This document shows, piece after piece, positions 1 through 10,205 of a stretch of 64,000 bases of DNA (position 1 is the first letter of the stretch; each line of letters begins with the position of its first letter). The stretch is from Candidatus Parcubacteria bacterium (GTDB taxonomy: Bacteria; Patescibacteriota; Patescibacteriia; Magasanikbacterales; UBA922), in assembly GCA_002869205.1 (NCBI GenBank), contig PKTJ01000066.1:187-64186 (forward strand). The letters are read 5' to 3'. The translations under genes and the position numbers were made by a program. The notes below the pieces were generated by a model. The model saw nothing but the letters and a program-made list of their open reading frames with translations. It was not told the DNA's origin and made no database searches.

Positions 1-1017
1 ATACCCTCTTTCCCCCGTATCTTCTTTGGGTGTATCTTCTTTAGGTTTTGGTTCTTCTTCTTTTTTTGGTTCATCTGTGTCACTAAGAGAATCAGCCATT
101 TGCTTCCATTTTTTGTCGCCCCATAGACTGGCTGGCCCTCGTGGGCCACCTTTTGTGCGCAATGGTTTTTGTGAACCGTCATTATCTTCGGGCTCTGTTG
201 TTTTTTCTTGTGCTTTGTCTCTGGGCGCTGTTTCATTATTTGGTTTATCTTCTGGTTTTCGGTCTTCAGCTCTTTTTGTGTCCGCTACTTTACCCTCTCC
301 TTCTTCGTTTTGATCTTGTTCTGAAGAATTACCATCCTGAGCTTCTGTCTCTGATTCATTTTCTTCGTTATCTCCATATTCATCTTCTGGTGTGTCAACA
401 ATGGATCTGCGATCATCATCAGTGAGAGGCGAATCATCAAGATTGTTGGCGCGATTTGTCCATTTGCTATTATTATCTTGTGTTGGGTCAGCATCTGATT
501 TACGCTCTTCATCGGTAAGAGGATCATCGCTTAGATTGCGATTACGATCTGCCCAATCACCTGTGCCATAATCATCTGAACTTTCTGGCTTCTGTGATTC
601 TTCTGTAGGTTTTATACCTTCTTTCTTTTCTGATTTAGGAGTTTGTTTTGGTTCTGGTTTTTTGTTTTCAGCTTTTTTTGCATCACGTGCATCTTGTTTA
701 TCAGCGCGCTTACTCCATTTATCATCACCTGTATAGTCATCTTCTGGTGAGTCGACAATGGATTTACGGTCATTATTACTCAGAGGTGCATTATCAAGAT
801 TTCTGGCACGTCTGCCCCATTTATTATTATCTTCCGCAGATAGTGGTGTGTCTGTGGAAGAGGATTTTTGTGGTGCATTAGTATTTCTTGATTGCGACGT
901 AGACGATTTCGTTATTTTTCTAGTTTTTTTACTTTTACTATTCTGACTCCTTTTCGCCCTTTGTTGGTCTCTGCGTAATTGCACGGCACGTTGTTTTTGT
1001 TTGCCTTTTTTTGGCAT
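1..1017 (-). CDS. hypothetical low-complexity charged repeat protein, N-terminal 339 codons (C-terminus lies beyond the window start)
   Basis: Manual translation of the minus strand from ATG (rc of 1015-1017) is open to position 1 with no stop. N-terminus MPKKGKQKQRAVQLRR; a ~40-aa motif NNxKWxxRAxNLDxxPLxxxDRxSIVDxPEDxYxGD occurs about three times. The ORF track missed it because it has no in-window stop. The plus-strand ORFs 26..946 are its antisense. Confidence 0.5.
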   Translation of the reverse strand, partial: MPKKGKQKQRAVQLRRDQQRAKRSQNSKSKKTRKITKSSTSQSRNTNAPQKSSSTDTPLSAEDNNKWGRRARNLDNAPLSNNDRKSIVDSPEDDYTGDDKWSKRADKQDARDAKKAENKKPEPKQTPKSEKKEGIKPTEESQKPESSDDYGTGDWADRNRNLSDDPLTDEERKSDADPTQDNNSKWTNRANNLDDSPLTDDDRRSIVDTPEDEYGDNEENESETEAQDGNSSEQDQNEEGEGKVADTKRAEDRKPEDKPNNETAPRDKAQEKTTEPEDNDGSQKPLRTKGGPRGPASLWGDKKWKQMADSLSDTDEPKKEEEPKPKEDTPKEDTGERGY

Positions 1018-1030
1018 ACGGAGGCTTACG

Positions 1031-3565
1031 TTAGTTTAAGCTATATGTATTATCACGGTAACTTAGTTTGTATGCTTCTTTTTTTGTTTTGTCCTGAAGT
1101 GTTTCTACTGCTAATTCGTGTAGTAATTCTTGCACCTTTTTTTCTATATTTCGTGCACCAAGGTCAATATTTGATGTTTCTTTTGTAATTGATTTGAGCG
1201 CAGATGCGTCAGCCGTAATACTAAATTTCTGTGTTTTTTTGAAATGTTTACTTACGCGATCTATGTGTTGTTTGATTATCTTTTCAATATCTTTTTTTCC
1301 TAGTGTGTTGAATACACAAATAGTTCCGAGTCTGCTCAATAGTGCATTACCTAATGTTTCTTTTAATTTATTGTGTATGTTTTTGGTAAAATTAGTATCT
1401 ACATCTCGGTTTTCGTGTGTTTCGTTATCAAATCCAATGCCCTGAGATTTGAATAGTTCATTTCCTACATTAGTTGTGAGAATTATAGTGGTGTGTTTGA
1501 GACTTATCTTGCGTCCATTGCTATCAGAAATTTCTCCTTCATCTAGTATTTGTAATAAGAGTTTAGAAACATCTGGGTGTGCCTTGTCAATTTCATCAAA
1601 GAGAAGCACACAATATGGTCGCTTTTTTAATTTTTCTATAAACGGATTTCTATCCTTGTATCCAATATATCCAGCAGGGGAGCCAAGGATTTTTGACACG
1701 CTATGACTCTCACTAAATTCTCCCATATCGAGTTTTATAAGTGCTTGTTTGTCATGATAAAGTTCTTCTGCAAGACGTTTTGTTAGTTCAGTTTTCCCTA
1801 CACCACTTGGGCCAACAAAAAGAAAAGAGCCAAATGGTTTGTTTTGGTTTTGTATACCAAGTTCAGCACGTTTGAGTGATGCAATAACTTCTTGAATGGT
1901 TTGTTTTTGCCCCACAATATGTTTACTCAATCGCTTTTCGAGTGTCTTGAGATTTTCCCATTCATTTTGTGAAAGAATTGTTTCGTCGATGTGCATTTTT
2001 TTACTCAGCACACTGCGAACATGCTGTTCTGTGACGCGGAGTTTTTTCTTAGTTTTATTTTGCGTTGTTTTGCTCAAGTCAGTTATTTGTGTGTCTAACT
2101 TTTCTATTTTCTTTTTGAGTTCCAGAGCATCTTTGAGTCGTTCTTGTGAAATTGCTTTATCTTTTTCTTCTATGTATTCTTCTTGTTTTTGCTCTAGTGC
2201 AAATAGGCGTGTTGTGTGTTCACTTGTTTTTCTACTTGTCTTTACTGAGCTCGCAGCTTCGTCTATTAAGTCTATAGTTTTGTCTGGTTGAAAATTGTCG
2301 TGAATGTATTTATTACTCAACCTCAACGCTTCTTTGAGCGCGTTTTCAGTAATTGAGACATGATGAAATGATTCGTAGTATTTTTTTATACCTTGCAAGA
2401 TCGTGAGTGTTTCTTTGTCATTTGGTTCTTCTACATCGATCATTTGAAATCGGCGTTCAAGTGCAGGGTCGCTGGTAATATATTTTTTATACTCATCATA
2501 TGTTGTTGCTCCAATACAGCGTAGTTGTCCGCGTGCAAGAGCGGGTTTGAGTATGTTGGCTGCATCCATAGTTCCTTGGTTGGATCCAGCTCCGATAATG
2601 TTGTGAAGTTCGTCAATAAATAAAATATAATTTGGATTGGCACTGCACTCGTCTACAATTTGTTTGAGTCGTGCTTCAAATTCTCCACGATATATGGTTC
2701 CTGCAACGAGCAGTGTAAGGTCAAGTGATAATATTTTTTTGCGTTTCAATACATCTGGCACGTCACCTGACGCAATTTTTTTGGCAAGTCCTTCTACGAT
2801 TGCAGTCTTACCAACACCTGGTTCACCAACAAGAATAGGATTGTTTTTTGTCCTACGTGCCAAGATATTTATAATACGTTCAATTTCCTCATCTCTTCCC
2901 ACAACAGGATCAATTTTTTGTTGACTTTGTTTCGATGTGAGATTGGTAGTAAATTGTGTGGTGGCATTTATTTTTTTATTTCCTTTCATGTGTGGCGGCA
3001 TTGGCATACTAGATGGGGGAGGTGGCATAGATCCTGGTGCAGGCATGTCCCCTAGATTGTCAAAAACTTCACTCACATCTCCCATCTGTGAAAAACGGGT
3101 TGTGTTTTGAAATGAAGTATCTAGCTGATCTTTTATGTGCTCATATTCAATATTGAGAGATACAAATACTTCGGTTATATCTTTGTTTTGTGCGTGTACC
3201 AATCCAAACAGGAGGTGTTCAGTTCCTACGTACGTGTGTTCTTGATCATGTGCAAGGACAAGTCCTTTTTCCAATACTTTTCGTGATGTCGGACTTAGTT
3301 CTGGTAGATTTTCTGGTCCTGTTGTTTTTGATGATTGGTTAAGCGTTTGTATATCTAGTGAAGAAATATTTTTTATAAATTCTGGTGTGATACCAAATTT
3401 TTTCAAAATCTCTCCTGCAACACATCCTTGTTCTTCTGACAAAGCAAGAAATAAATGGATAGGTTCCACTTGTTTGGAATTATAATGTGAAGCGAGGGAA
3501 ATAGCTCGCGCAATGACATTTTTTAGGTGGGTGGAAAAATTATCAATGAGTTTTTGTGCGTCCAT
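1031..3565 (-). CDS. Clp/Hsp100 family AAA+ chaperone (ClpB/ClpC-like), two AAA domains plus Clp_N
   Basis: Clp_N repeats ([22 protein letters not shown]), Walker A GEPGVGKT and GPSGVGKT, and a coiled-coil middle region. Start placed at MDAQKL (Met 26 of the track ORF). There is a Pro/Met-rich linker after the N-domain. Confidence 0.9.
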   Translation of the reverse strand: MDAQKLIDNFSTHLKNVIARAISLASHYNSKQVEPIHLFLALSEEQGCVAGEILKKFGITPEFIKNISSLDIQTLNQSSKTTGPENLPELSPTSRKVLEKGLVLAHDQEHTYVGTEHLLFGLVHAQNKDITEVFVSLNIEYEHIKDQLDTSFQNTTRFSQMGDVSEVFDNLGDMPAPGSMPPPPSSMPMPPHMKGNKKINATTQFTTNLTSKQSQQKIDPVVGRDEEIERIINILARRTKNNPILVGEPGVGKTAIVEGLAKKIASGDVPDVLKRKKILSLDLTLLVAGTIYRGEFEARLKQIVDECSANPNYILFIDELHNIIGAGSNQGTMDAANILKPALARGQLRCIGATTYDEYKKYITSDPALERRFQMIDVEEPNDKETLTILQGIKKYYESFHHVSITENALKEALRLSNKYIHDNFQPDKTIDLIDEAASSVKTSRKTSEHTTRLFALEQKQEEYIEEKDKAISQERLKDALELKKKIEKLDTQITDLSKTTQNKTKKKLRVTEQHVRSVLSKKMHIDETILSQNEWENLKTLEKRLSKHIVGQKQTIQEVIASLKRAELGIQNQNKPFGSFLFVGPSGVGKTELTKRLAEELYHDKQALIKLDMGEFSESHSVSKILGSPAGYIGYKDRNPFIEKLKKRPYCVLLFDEIDKAHPDVSKLLLQILDEGEISDSNGRKISLKHTTIILTTNVGNELFKSQGIGFDNETHENRDVDTNFTKNIHNKLKETLGNALLSRLGTICVFNTLGKKDIEKIIKQHIDRVSKHFKKTQKFSITADASALKSITKETSNIDLGARNIEKKVQELLHELAVETLQDKTKKEAYKLSYRDNTYSLN

Positions 3566-3691
3566 ATTTTGGTTATATATCAAAACAAATAGTTGCTTTA
3601 GAACTACGCTTATTATATAATAAATGTCCCTTTTTATCAATTACTTTGAATTATAAAATTATATATTAGTTTAGCTATTTATTTTGCATTG

Positions 3692-3739
3692 AACCCTACC
3701 CATTCCCTCCCCTAGTAGGGGAGGGTCGGGGGAGGGGTT
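3692..3739. repeat. GC-rich nested-palindrome intergenic repeat, copy 1 (core CCCTCCCCTAgTAGGGGAGGG)
   Basis: Near-identical ~47-nt elements at 24503-24549 (inverted) and 45384-45430. Sits in the divergent intergenic region between the clp gene and pgm. Confidence 0.6.
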
Positions 3740-3789
3740 GCAAAGCAATAGTATAGTTTTATAATTCGGAATAAATATTTTTATTTTCT

Positions 3790-5154
3790 ATGAGCTTTCC
3801 AGATCACATATTCAAGGCATACGATATTCGTGGGCTATATCCACAAGAATTAGACGAAAAAATGGCATATAACATGGGTCGTGCTTATGCTGAATTTATG
3901 AAAAAAGATACTGGAAAAGACGATCTGAAACTCGTGGTCTGTCAGGATATGAGAGACTCTTCTATTCCGCTCAAAAAAGAGTTGGTTCGCGGTATGCTTG
4001 AGCAAGGAGTCGATATTGTTGACATTGGTCTTGCCTCCACCCCAACGTTTTATTTTGGTGTGAGTTTTTATGGGTATGATGGAGGTGTCCAGGTTACGGC
4101 ATCGCATAATCCAGGAGAGTATAATGGATTCAAGATTGTGCGTGCTCGCGCAGTGCCTATTAGTGGTGAGACAGGAATTCATGAGATCCGAGATATGGTT
4201 AGAGGTGCTCAATTTGATCCAGTGGAAAAACAAGGGCAGATTGAAACACGAGAAGGGGTTCTCGAAGAGCAGATTGCTTATGCACTCAAACATATTGATT
4301 ACAAATCAATCAAACCATTGAAAGTCGTGGTAGACACTGGGAATGGTATGGGCGCTCCTATTATTGAGGAGTTGTTTAAACATTTGCCATGTGAACTTGA
4401 TAAAATGTACTTTGAGCTTGATGGTAGTTTTCCAAATCATGAATCAAATCCGTTTAAGGAAGAAAATAACGTAGATATTCAAAATAGAATTAGGGAGACG
4501 GGGGCTGATTTAGGTATTGGGCTTGATGGAGATGGAGATCGCGTATTCTTTTTTGATGAGACAGGTAGAACAATTGATCCAGGTATTATTCGTGGTATTT
4601 TGGCACAGCTTGTGTTGCGCGATCATCCGGGTGCCGCAATTGGATACGATATTCGTCCGGGTAGAATTACACGCGATATGATCGAAGAAGGTGGTGGTAA
4701 ACCATTTGTAACACGTGTCGGTCATTCATTGATTAAAATGAAGGGTATTGAAATGAAAGCACCATTTTCAGGTGAATCATCTGGTCATTTCTTTTACAAT
4801 GAGCCACATGGGTTTTTTGAGATGCCTGCATTTATCATCCTTAATTTTTTAAAAGAGATATCGCAGAGTGGTAAGACGGTGAGTGAATATACAGCACCAC
4901 TCTATCGTTACTCACATTCTGGTGAAATTAATTTTAATGTGGATGACAAAGAAAAAGTATTGCAATTACTAAAAGAAAAATTTGCCGACTCAAAGATTAA
5001 TGATCTTGATGGATTATCTTTTGAGTACGAGGATTATTGGTTTAATGTGCGACCAAGTAATACTGAGTCTTTACTTCGGTTAAATTTGGAAGCCAAGACA
5101 GACGAGATTATGAAGGAAAAAGTTGAAGAGGTAACACGCGTTATTGAAAGTTAA
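3790..5154 (+). CDS. phosphoglucomutase/phosphomannomutase (alpha-D-phosphohexomutase family)
   Basis: TASHNPGEYNGFK phosphoserine loop, GDGDGDR metal loop, FDIRG N-terminus. Confidence 0.9.
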   Translation: MSFPDHIFKAYDIRGLYPQELDEKMAYNMGRAYAEFMKKDTGKDDLKLVVCQDMRDSSIPLKKELVRGMLEQGVDIVDIGLASTPTFYFGVSFYGYDGGVQVTASHNPGEYNGFKIVRARAVPISGETGIHEIRDMVRGAQFDPVEKQGQIETREGVLEEQIAYALKHIDYKSIKPLKVVVDTGNGMGAPIIEELFKHLPCELDKMYFELDGSFPNHESNPFKEENNVDIQNRIRETGADLGIGLDGDGDRVFFFDETGRTIDPGIIRGILAQLVLRDHPGAAIGYDIRPGRITRDMIEEGGGKPFVTRVGHSLIKMKGIEMKAPFSGESSGHFFYNEPHGFFEMPAFIILNFLKEISQSGKTVSEYTAPLYRYSHSGEINFNVDDKEKVLQLLKEKFADSKINDLDGLSFEYEDYWFNVRPSNTESLLRLNLEAKTDEIMKEKVEEVTRVIES

Positions 5155-5200
5155 GAATTACATAATTAAAAAAGACGTGTGCAGCACGTCTTTTTTTGTT

Positions 5201-5968
5201 TTAATTATTTTGTATCCATCCGGTAATCTTTGTCGCCACATTTCTCGGTGCTAGTCTATTTGCAAACGCAAGAAGTTTGTTTCTAAATCCTGGTATCACT
5301 ACACGTTTGTTTTTTATCAGTCCTCGATATCCAACATAGGCGACTTCGTCGGCATTCATAACCTTCATTGTTTTGGGAAAGCGTAGTTCGGCAGCTTTTT
5401 CAAAACCAGTCCGAGTAGGGCCAGGACACAGTGTAGTGACACTCACGCCGGTATTTTTTAATTCTTCTCCAAGAGCTTCTGAGAAATGAAGTACAAATGC
5501 TTTACTTGCATAATATACTGCCATGCCAGGACCTGGTTGGAATGCTGCGGTTGAGGCGATGTTTAAAACTTTTCCACTTTTTTTAGATATCATGTCTGGT
5601 AAGAAAAGTTTTGTAAGTTCTGTCAGTGCAGAGATATTTATTTTGATCATGTCGAGTTCTTTTGCTAGATTTGTTTCTGTAAATTTTCCATATAATCCAA
5701 ACCCAGCATTATTCACTAGTATGTCTATAGTAATATTGTTTTCTTTTATCTCAGCATACAGTTTTTGAGGTGCGTCATCGTCAGTAAGGTCGTGGGTAAA
5801 TACATGGGTTTGAATATCGTGTGTACTCGAAAGTTCTTTTGCAATTGTATCTAGTTTTTCTTTATTACGTGCCACCAAAACGATATTGTGATTGTTTTGT
5901 GCAAAACGTTTACATAGCTCATATCCTATACCACTTGATGCGCCAGTGATGAGTACTGTTTTTTGCAT
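5201..5968 (-). CDS. short-chain dehydrogenase/reductase (SDR) family oxidoreductase
   Basis: TGASSGIG cofactor motif, NNAG, YxxxK (YYASKAF). Confidence 0.85.
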   Translation of the reverse strand: MQKTVLITGASSGIGYELCKRFAQNNHNIVLVARNKEKLDTIAKELSSTHDIQTHVFTHDLTDDDAPQKLYAEIKENNITIDILVNNAGFGLYGKFTETNLAKELDMIKINISALTELTKLFLPDMISKKSGKVLNIASTAAFQPGPGMAVYYASKAFVLHFSEALGEELKNTGVSVTTLCPGPTRTGFEKAAELRFPKTMKVMNADEVAYVGYRGLIKNKRVVIPGFRNKLLAFANRLAPRNVATKITGWIQNN

Positions 5969-5978
5969 AATATATCTA

Positions 5979-6632
5979 TTAGATTTCTATGTCTTTGAGA
6001 GATTCTGACAAGAAAATAGTATCAAAATTTCCATTAAAAAATTCTTTTGGATGAAGTGCGCGAGTTACCATGAGGAGGTTTTTTTCAATAACATTTTCAG
6101 CTTTCTTGTGATTTGCGAGTCCTGTGTTGAATCCTGCTTGATGGTATGCATCGTTCACAAGTTGTGAACAAAAAAATTGTTGTTGTTTTGATGCAAAAAA
6201 GAAATCAAAAGGTTTGCCAATTTGTTTTCGTGCATAGCGCACAGTTTTCTTTATTATTGTTTTTTTGTGTTTTTTGAGACGTGGTCTGAGAATAGCGAGC
6301 GTATCATATTCTGAAAAGAAATTTCTAAATTTTTCTCTTACAACACCATCTGAAACTGCATGTATGACACGTCCGCCACCGGTATAGATACATGCATGCG
6401 TGACAGGACCGCGTATGAATAAGCCACTTGCCCTTCTGTGGTTTCCGACCAAGAGCATGTCTCCTTTTTGGATTATTTTTAGTGCATTTTTATAATCTTG
6501 TGGAGTAAGATTATTTTTTCGCCACGTAACTTTTGTAACCCCAATCAAAAAAATAATATTTCCAAATATTTTTTTGAATACTGAAGCATTCTCTTCAAAA
6601 TTTTTTATGAGATGATATCTATAGGATTTCAT
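5979..6632 (-). CDS. YiiX/YaeF-like permuted papain-fold (NlpC/P60-related) putative amidase
   Basis: FFCSQLV cysteine motif and HAV/HACIY histidines; family assignment made from memory of motifs only. Confidence 0.45.
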   Translation of the reverse strand: MKSYRYHLIKNFEENASVFKKIFGNIIFLIGVTKVTWRKNNLTPQDYKNALKIIQKGDMLLVGNHRRASGLFIRGPVTHACIYTGGGRVIHAVSDGVVREKFRNFFSEYDTLAILRPRLKKHKKTIIKKTVRYARKQIGKPFDFFFASKQQQFFCSQLVNDAYHQAGFNTGLANHKKAENVIEKNLLMVTRALHPKEFFNGNFDTIFLSESLKDIEI

Positions 6633-6639
6633 TTTTTGT

Positions 6640-7509
6640 TTATACTAGTCCACGAAGTTTTTTAATACGATCTTCTGCTGGTGGATGTGTAGAAAAGAAT
6701 TTTGAAAAGCCCTTTCCTTTGAGAGGGTTTGAAATGAAGAGGTGGGCTGTCGCAGTGCTTGCGGTAGGGAGAGCTGAAGATTTGGAAATTTTTTCAAGCG
6801 CTCGCGCAAGACCTTCTGGATATCTTGTTAGAAGTGCGCCAGATGCATCTGCAAGGTATTCGCGTTTTCGTGAGATAGCGAGTTTGATGAGTTCGGCGAT
6901 AATAGGGGAGAGTATGAGTAAAATCAGTCCGATAATCGCAAAATATCCACTTCCTTTACTATCACTTTTTCCACCACCATACCATCGTGCACGGAAAAAC
7001 CAATTACTAATCAGAGATATTGTTCCGACAAGGACGACTACAATGGTCATGAGTCTAATGTCGAAATTTTTGATATGAGATATTTCATGTGCGATCACTC
7101 CTTCGAGTTCTTCGTTTTCGAGTGCTTTTACAATTCCTGTGGTGACAGCTACTGATGCGTGCTCTGGATCTCTACCTGTGGCAAATGCATTCATGGCAGG
7201 GGAGTCTATAATATATACTTTTGGGGTCGGGATTCCGGCGGTAATAGCCATGTTTTCTACCATGCGATATACATATGGATCAGCTTCCTTCGTTGTTTCT
7301 CTGGCGCCGGTAGAGCGTAGTGCGATTTTGTCTCCCTTGTAGTAGCTTATGAGTGTCATGAGAACAGAAATAACCATAGCACCCACGACCATAGCGTATC
7401 CACCGCCATAATATACATCGAGTGCCCAGCCGATTGCGAGAATGATTATCATAAACACAAAGATGAGAATCTTTGTCTTGCGTTTGTTTGAGTCTATTTG
7501 AGAATACAT
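6640..7509 (-). CDS. htpX: protease HtpX (M48 zinc metalloprotease)
   Basis: HEISH zinc motif, N-terminal TM helices, typical HtpX length; adjacent LemA as in many genomes. Confidence 0.9.
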   Translation of the reverse strand: MYSQIDSNKRKTKILIFVFMIIILAIGWALDVYYGGGYAMVVGAMVISVLMTLISYYKGDKIALRSTGARETTKEADPYVYRMVENMAITAGIPTPKVYIIDSPAMNAFATGRDPEHASVAVTTGIVKALENEELEGVIAHEISHIKNFDIRLMTIVVVLVGTISLISNWFFRARWYGGGKSDSKGSGYFAIIGLILLILSPIIAELIKLAISRKREYLADASGALLTRYPEGLARALEKISKSSALPTASTATAHLFISNPLKGKGFSKFFSTHPPAEDRIKKLRGLV

Positions 7510-7597
7510 ATTATTTAGTATTTAGTTCGTAGCCAATAGCCAATAGAAAATTTACAAAAGGTATTCCTATTGGTTGTAAATTATTGGTTGTGAACTT

Positions 7598-8164
7598 TTA
7601 GAGTTTTACTTCGATATTCTCACGTTCAGTTGCATCTTCAATTTCGAAGAATACAAATTTCTCAAATCGTTTAAACATTCCTGCAATAACATTGTTTGGG
7701 AATGATTCAATTTTGATATTGAAATCACGTACATTGCCGTTGTAAAATCTACGTGCTGCCATGATTTTGTTTTCAGTATCAGAAAGTTCGTCCATGAGCT
7801 GCATAACATTTTGATTTGCTTTCAAATCTGGATATGCTTCCATAGCTACTTTCAAATCACGCATCATTGAGTTGATTTGTGTTTCTGATTTTGCAAGACC
7901 TTCTGTGTCACCAGCTTCTTGTGCTTTCATAGCATCAGCACGAGATTTGGTAATGTTTTCGAGTAGTTCACGCTCGTGTTTCATGTATCCTTTCACACTA
8001 TTGACCAAATTTGGAATGAGGTCGTGACGACGCTTGAGTTGTACATCAATATCACTCCAAGATTCTTTCGTGCGATTTTGGAGTTTGATAAGTACGTTGT
8101 AGACACCAATAATCCAAAAGAGGACAACGGCGAGGATAATAAGGATCGCGAATAATACTGGCAT
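7598..8164 (-). CDS. lemA: LemA family membrane protein
   Basis: N-terminal TM helix followed by the conserved LemA core (KESWSDIDVQLKRRHDLIPNLV...RRFYNG). Confidence 0.85.
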   Translation of the reverse strand: MPVLFAILIILAVVLFWIIGVYNVLIKLQNRTKESWSDIDVQLKRRHDLIPNLVNSVKGYMKHERELLENITKSRADAMKAQEAGDTEGLAKSETQINSMMRDLKVAMEAYPDLKANQNVMQLMDELSDTENKIMAARRFYNGNVRDFNIKIESFPNNVIAGMFKRFEKFVFFEIEDATERENIEVKL

Positions 8165-8271
8165 AATATAAACGGTTACGTGGATAAGTTTCCACTATTG
8201 ATTAAGATACTACATTATGAGATAATGATACTGTTATTTTACGCTAATTTATAGCTTTTCGTCAATATATT

Positions 8272-9477
8272 ATGATTACTGTACTACTTTTTATACTTAT
8301 CTTAGGGGTTTTAGTAATTGCTCATGAATTTGGACATTTTATTACCGCACGTATGAGTGGTATGAAGGTCTATGAATTTGGTTTTGGGTATCCGCCGAGG
8401 GTATTTAGTTTCTATAGAGATCCAGAGACAAAGAAAATTAAAATTATCTGGGGCAAAGGAAAGAGTAATTTGAAGAAGACTGTTTCAGGAGATGAGCAAC
8501 AAGATGAGTTTCCTGGTATGCTTTGGTCAATTAACCTTTTACCAATTGGTGGTTTTGTACGTATTAAGGGAGAGAATGGTGAGGAAGCTCAAGATCCTGA
8601 TAGTTTTGGTGCTCACAAAGCGTGGAAACGTATTGTTGTTTTGGTTGCCGGCGTTACCATGAATGTAATTTTGGCTGGTATTGTGCTTGGTGTTGGATTC
8701 ATGATCGGATTACCTACAGACATGTCCCAAGGTGTTGATAAACATGCTCAGGTTTTAGAAAGTCCGAGTATTATTGTTCAGCAAGTTCAGCCTCATACTC
8801 CAGCAGAGGAGGCAGGTGTAAAATTTGGAGACAAAATTTTGCGTGTTGGTGAAGGAGATACAGAGTGGACAAAAGAAAAAGAGTGGAATGGTGAGTCTGT
8901 AGATTCGATGTCTTTTATATCATTTGTAAATGAGCGTGAAGGAGAAGAGATTTCTCTTGTTATTGCTCGTGGTGAAGAAGAGTTTATTACCACGTTAGTG
9001 CCTGAGGTTTTTGAAGGAGAAGAGGTGGCGAAAATAGGTGTTGCATTGGCTGACGCAGGCATTGTTCGTTATCCGTGGTTTATTGCAATTTACAAAGGTT
9101 TTGTCGCAGCAGTGTTTGGTCTCATGAATATCTTTATCGCTTTTTATTACTTGATTAAGAATCTGATGTTGGGGCAAGGTCTGTTGTTTGATGTCGCAGG
9201 ACCAGTAGGTATTGCAAATATTGTGGGACAGAGCGCTAAGCTCGGAATTAATTATCTTTTGAATGTGACAGCCATGCTTTCTCTTAGTTTGGCGGCTATC
9301 AATATTTTGCCAATTCCTGCTCTTGATGGTGGTCGTATATTGTTTATTTTGATAGAAAAAATAATTCGTCGTCCTGTCCCTATAAAGTATGAACAACTTG
9401 CTCATACTATTGGATTTATGTTGCTTATGTTACTTGTGGTTGTGGTCACATGGCGCGATGTGGTAGGGTTATTTTAA
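8272..9477 (+). CDS. rseP: RIP metalloprotease RseP (site-2 protease, M50) with PDZ domain
   Basis: HEFGH near the N-terminus, PDZ-like middle, LDGG motif near the C-terminus, multiple TM helices. Confidence 0.9.
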   Translation: MITVLLFILILGVLVIAHEFGHFITARMSGMKVYEFGFGYPPRVFSFYRDPETKKIKIIWGKGKSNLKKTVSGDEQQDEFPGMLWSINLLPIGGFVRIKGENGEEAQDPDSFGAHKAWKRIVVLVAGVTMNVILAGIVLGVGFMIGLPTDMSQGVDKHAQVLESPSIIVQQVQPHTPAEEAGVKFGDKILRVGEGDTEWTKEKEWNGESVDSMSFISFVNEREGEEISLVIARGEEEFITTLVPEVFEGEEVAKIGVALADAGIVRYPWFIAIYKGFVAAVFGLMNIFIAFYYLIKNLMLGQGLLFDVAGPVGIANIVGQSAKLGINYLLNVTAMLSLSLAAINILPIPALDGGRILFILIEKIIRRPVPIKYEQLAHTIGFMLLMLLVVVVTWRDVVGLF

Positions 9478-9486
9478 GTACGATAT

Positions 9487-9771
9487 ATGACTAATATTCC
9501 TTCATTTAGATTAGCACAAGTTAAAAAAGATCTCAGGGATGGGCGATTGAAGTTTAGTCTCGATTTGGTGGATGCTTTGGCAGATATTATTATTGAAGCA
9601 GAAGATGAAGAAACACATATGGATCCCATGACTCTGGAAACTCGTTTAAAAGATTTAGTGGGTAGCTTGGAAGGTAAAAAAGCTGAACAACAGTACGATT
9701 TTTTATGTGGTATTGTTCGGGATGTGGCCAAACGTACTCCATGGTCTCGCATGGCCCTAGATCGAAGATAA
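9487..9771 (+). CDS. hypothetical protein (94 aa, charged/helical)
   Basis: ORF only; GC slightly above neighbours; no recognisable motif. Confidence 0.4.
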   Translation: MTNIPSFRLAQVKKDLRDGRLKFSLDLVDALADIIIEAEDEETHMDPMTLETRLKDLVGSLEGKKAEQQYDFLCGIVRDVAKRTPWSRMALDRR

Positions 9772-9781
9772 TTATATTTTT

Positions 9782-10195
9782 ATGGATTCCTATACAAGAA
9801 CTCTTACTGATGACGAAAAGAAACGTCTCAAAGAAGCGATTGAGACTAAATTACAAGAGACAATCGTACAAGAAGATAGAGTCAAAGATCCAGAAGCAGC
9901 GACGGAATTGATCGAGCGTATTGTTGGTAGATTGGATCAGGACGGTATGAATATTAGGGATTTCCAAACAGCCATGGCTCAAGAACTCGAACGTCTGTTA
10001 CGTGTTGCAGGTGATATTTTCAAAGAAGGTCCTGAAGGTGAAATGAGAAGAGGTGTCCAGCAACAAATAGGAGTTTTTACAAGGTTTTTACAAGATGAGT
10101 CTCGTGCCATACTTTTTCCCCCAGAGGGTGGGGGCAGGGATGCTTCTACAGAATTTCCTGATAACGTAACAAAAGGACCCTGGTCAAAAAGATAA
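9782..10195 (+). CDS. hypothetical protein (137 aa)
   Basis: ORF only. Upstream context AGATAATTATATTTTTATG nearly identical to that of pheS at 10187-10208. Confidence 0.4.
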   Translation: MDSYTRTLTDDEKKRLKEAIETKLQETIVQEDRVKDPEAATELIERIVGRLDQDGMNIRDFQTAMAQELERLLRVAGDIFKEGPEGEMRRGVQQQIGVFTRFLQDESRAILFPPEGGGRDASTEFPDNVTKGPWSKR

Positions 10196-10205
10196 CTATA
10201 TTTTT

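Noticed and set aside
26-946. Plus-strand track ORFs 26-313, 141-425, 648-881 and 758-946
   Set aside because: They are antisense to the continuous minus-strand low-complexity ORF (1-1017). Their translations are Phe/Leu/Ser-rich artefacts of reading a Lys/Glu/Asp-rich gene backwards.
8995-9405. 136-aa minus-strand ORF inside rseP (and similar internal antisense ORFs in dnaE, pheT, ppsA)
   Set aside because: They are fully contained in well-supported genes on the opposite strand, with low-complexity translations.
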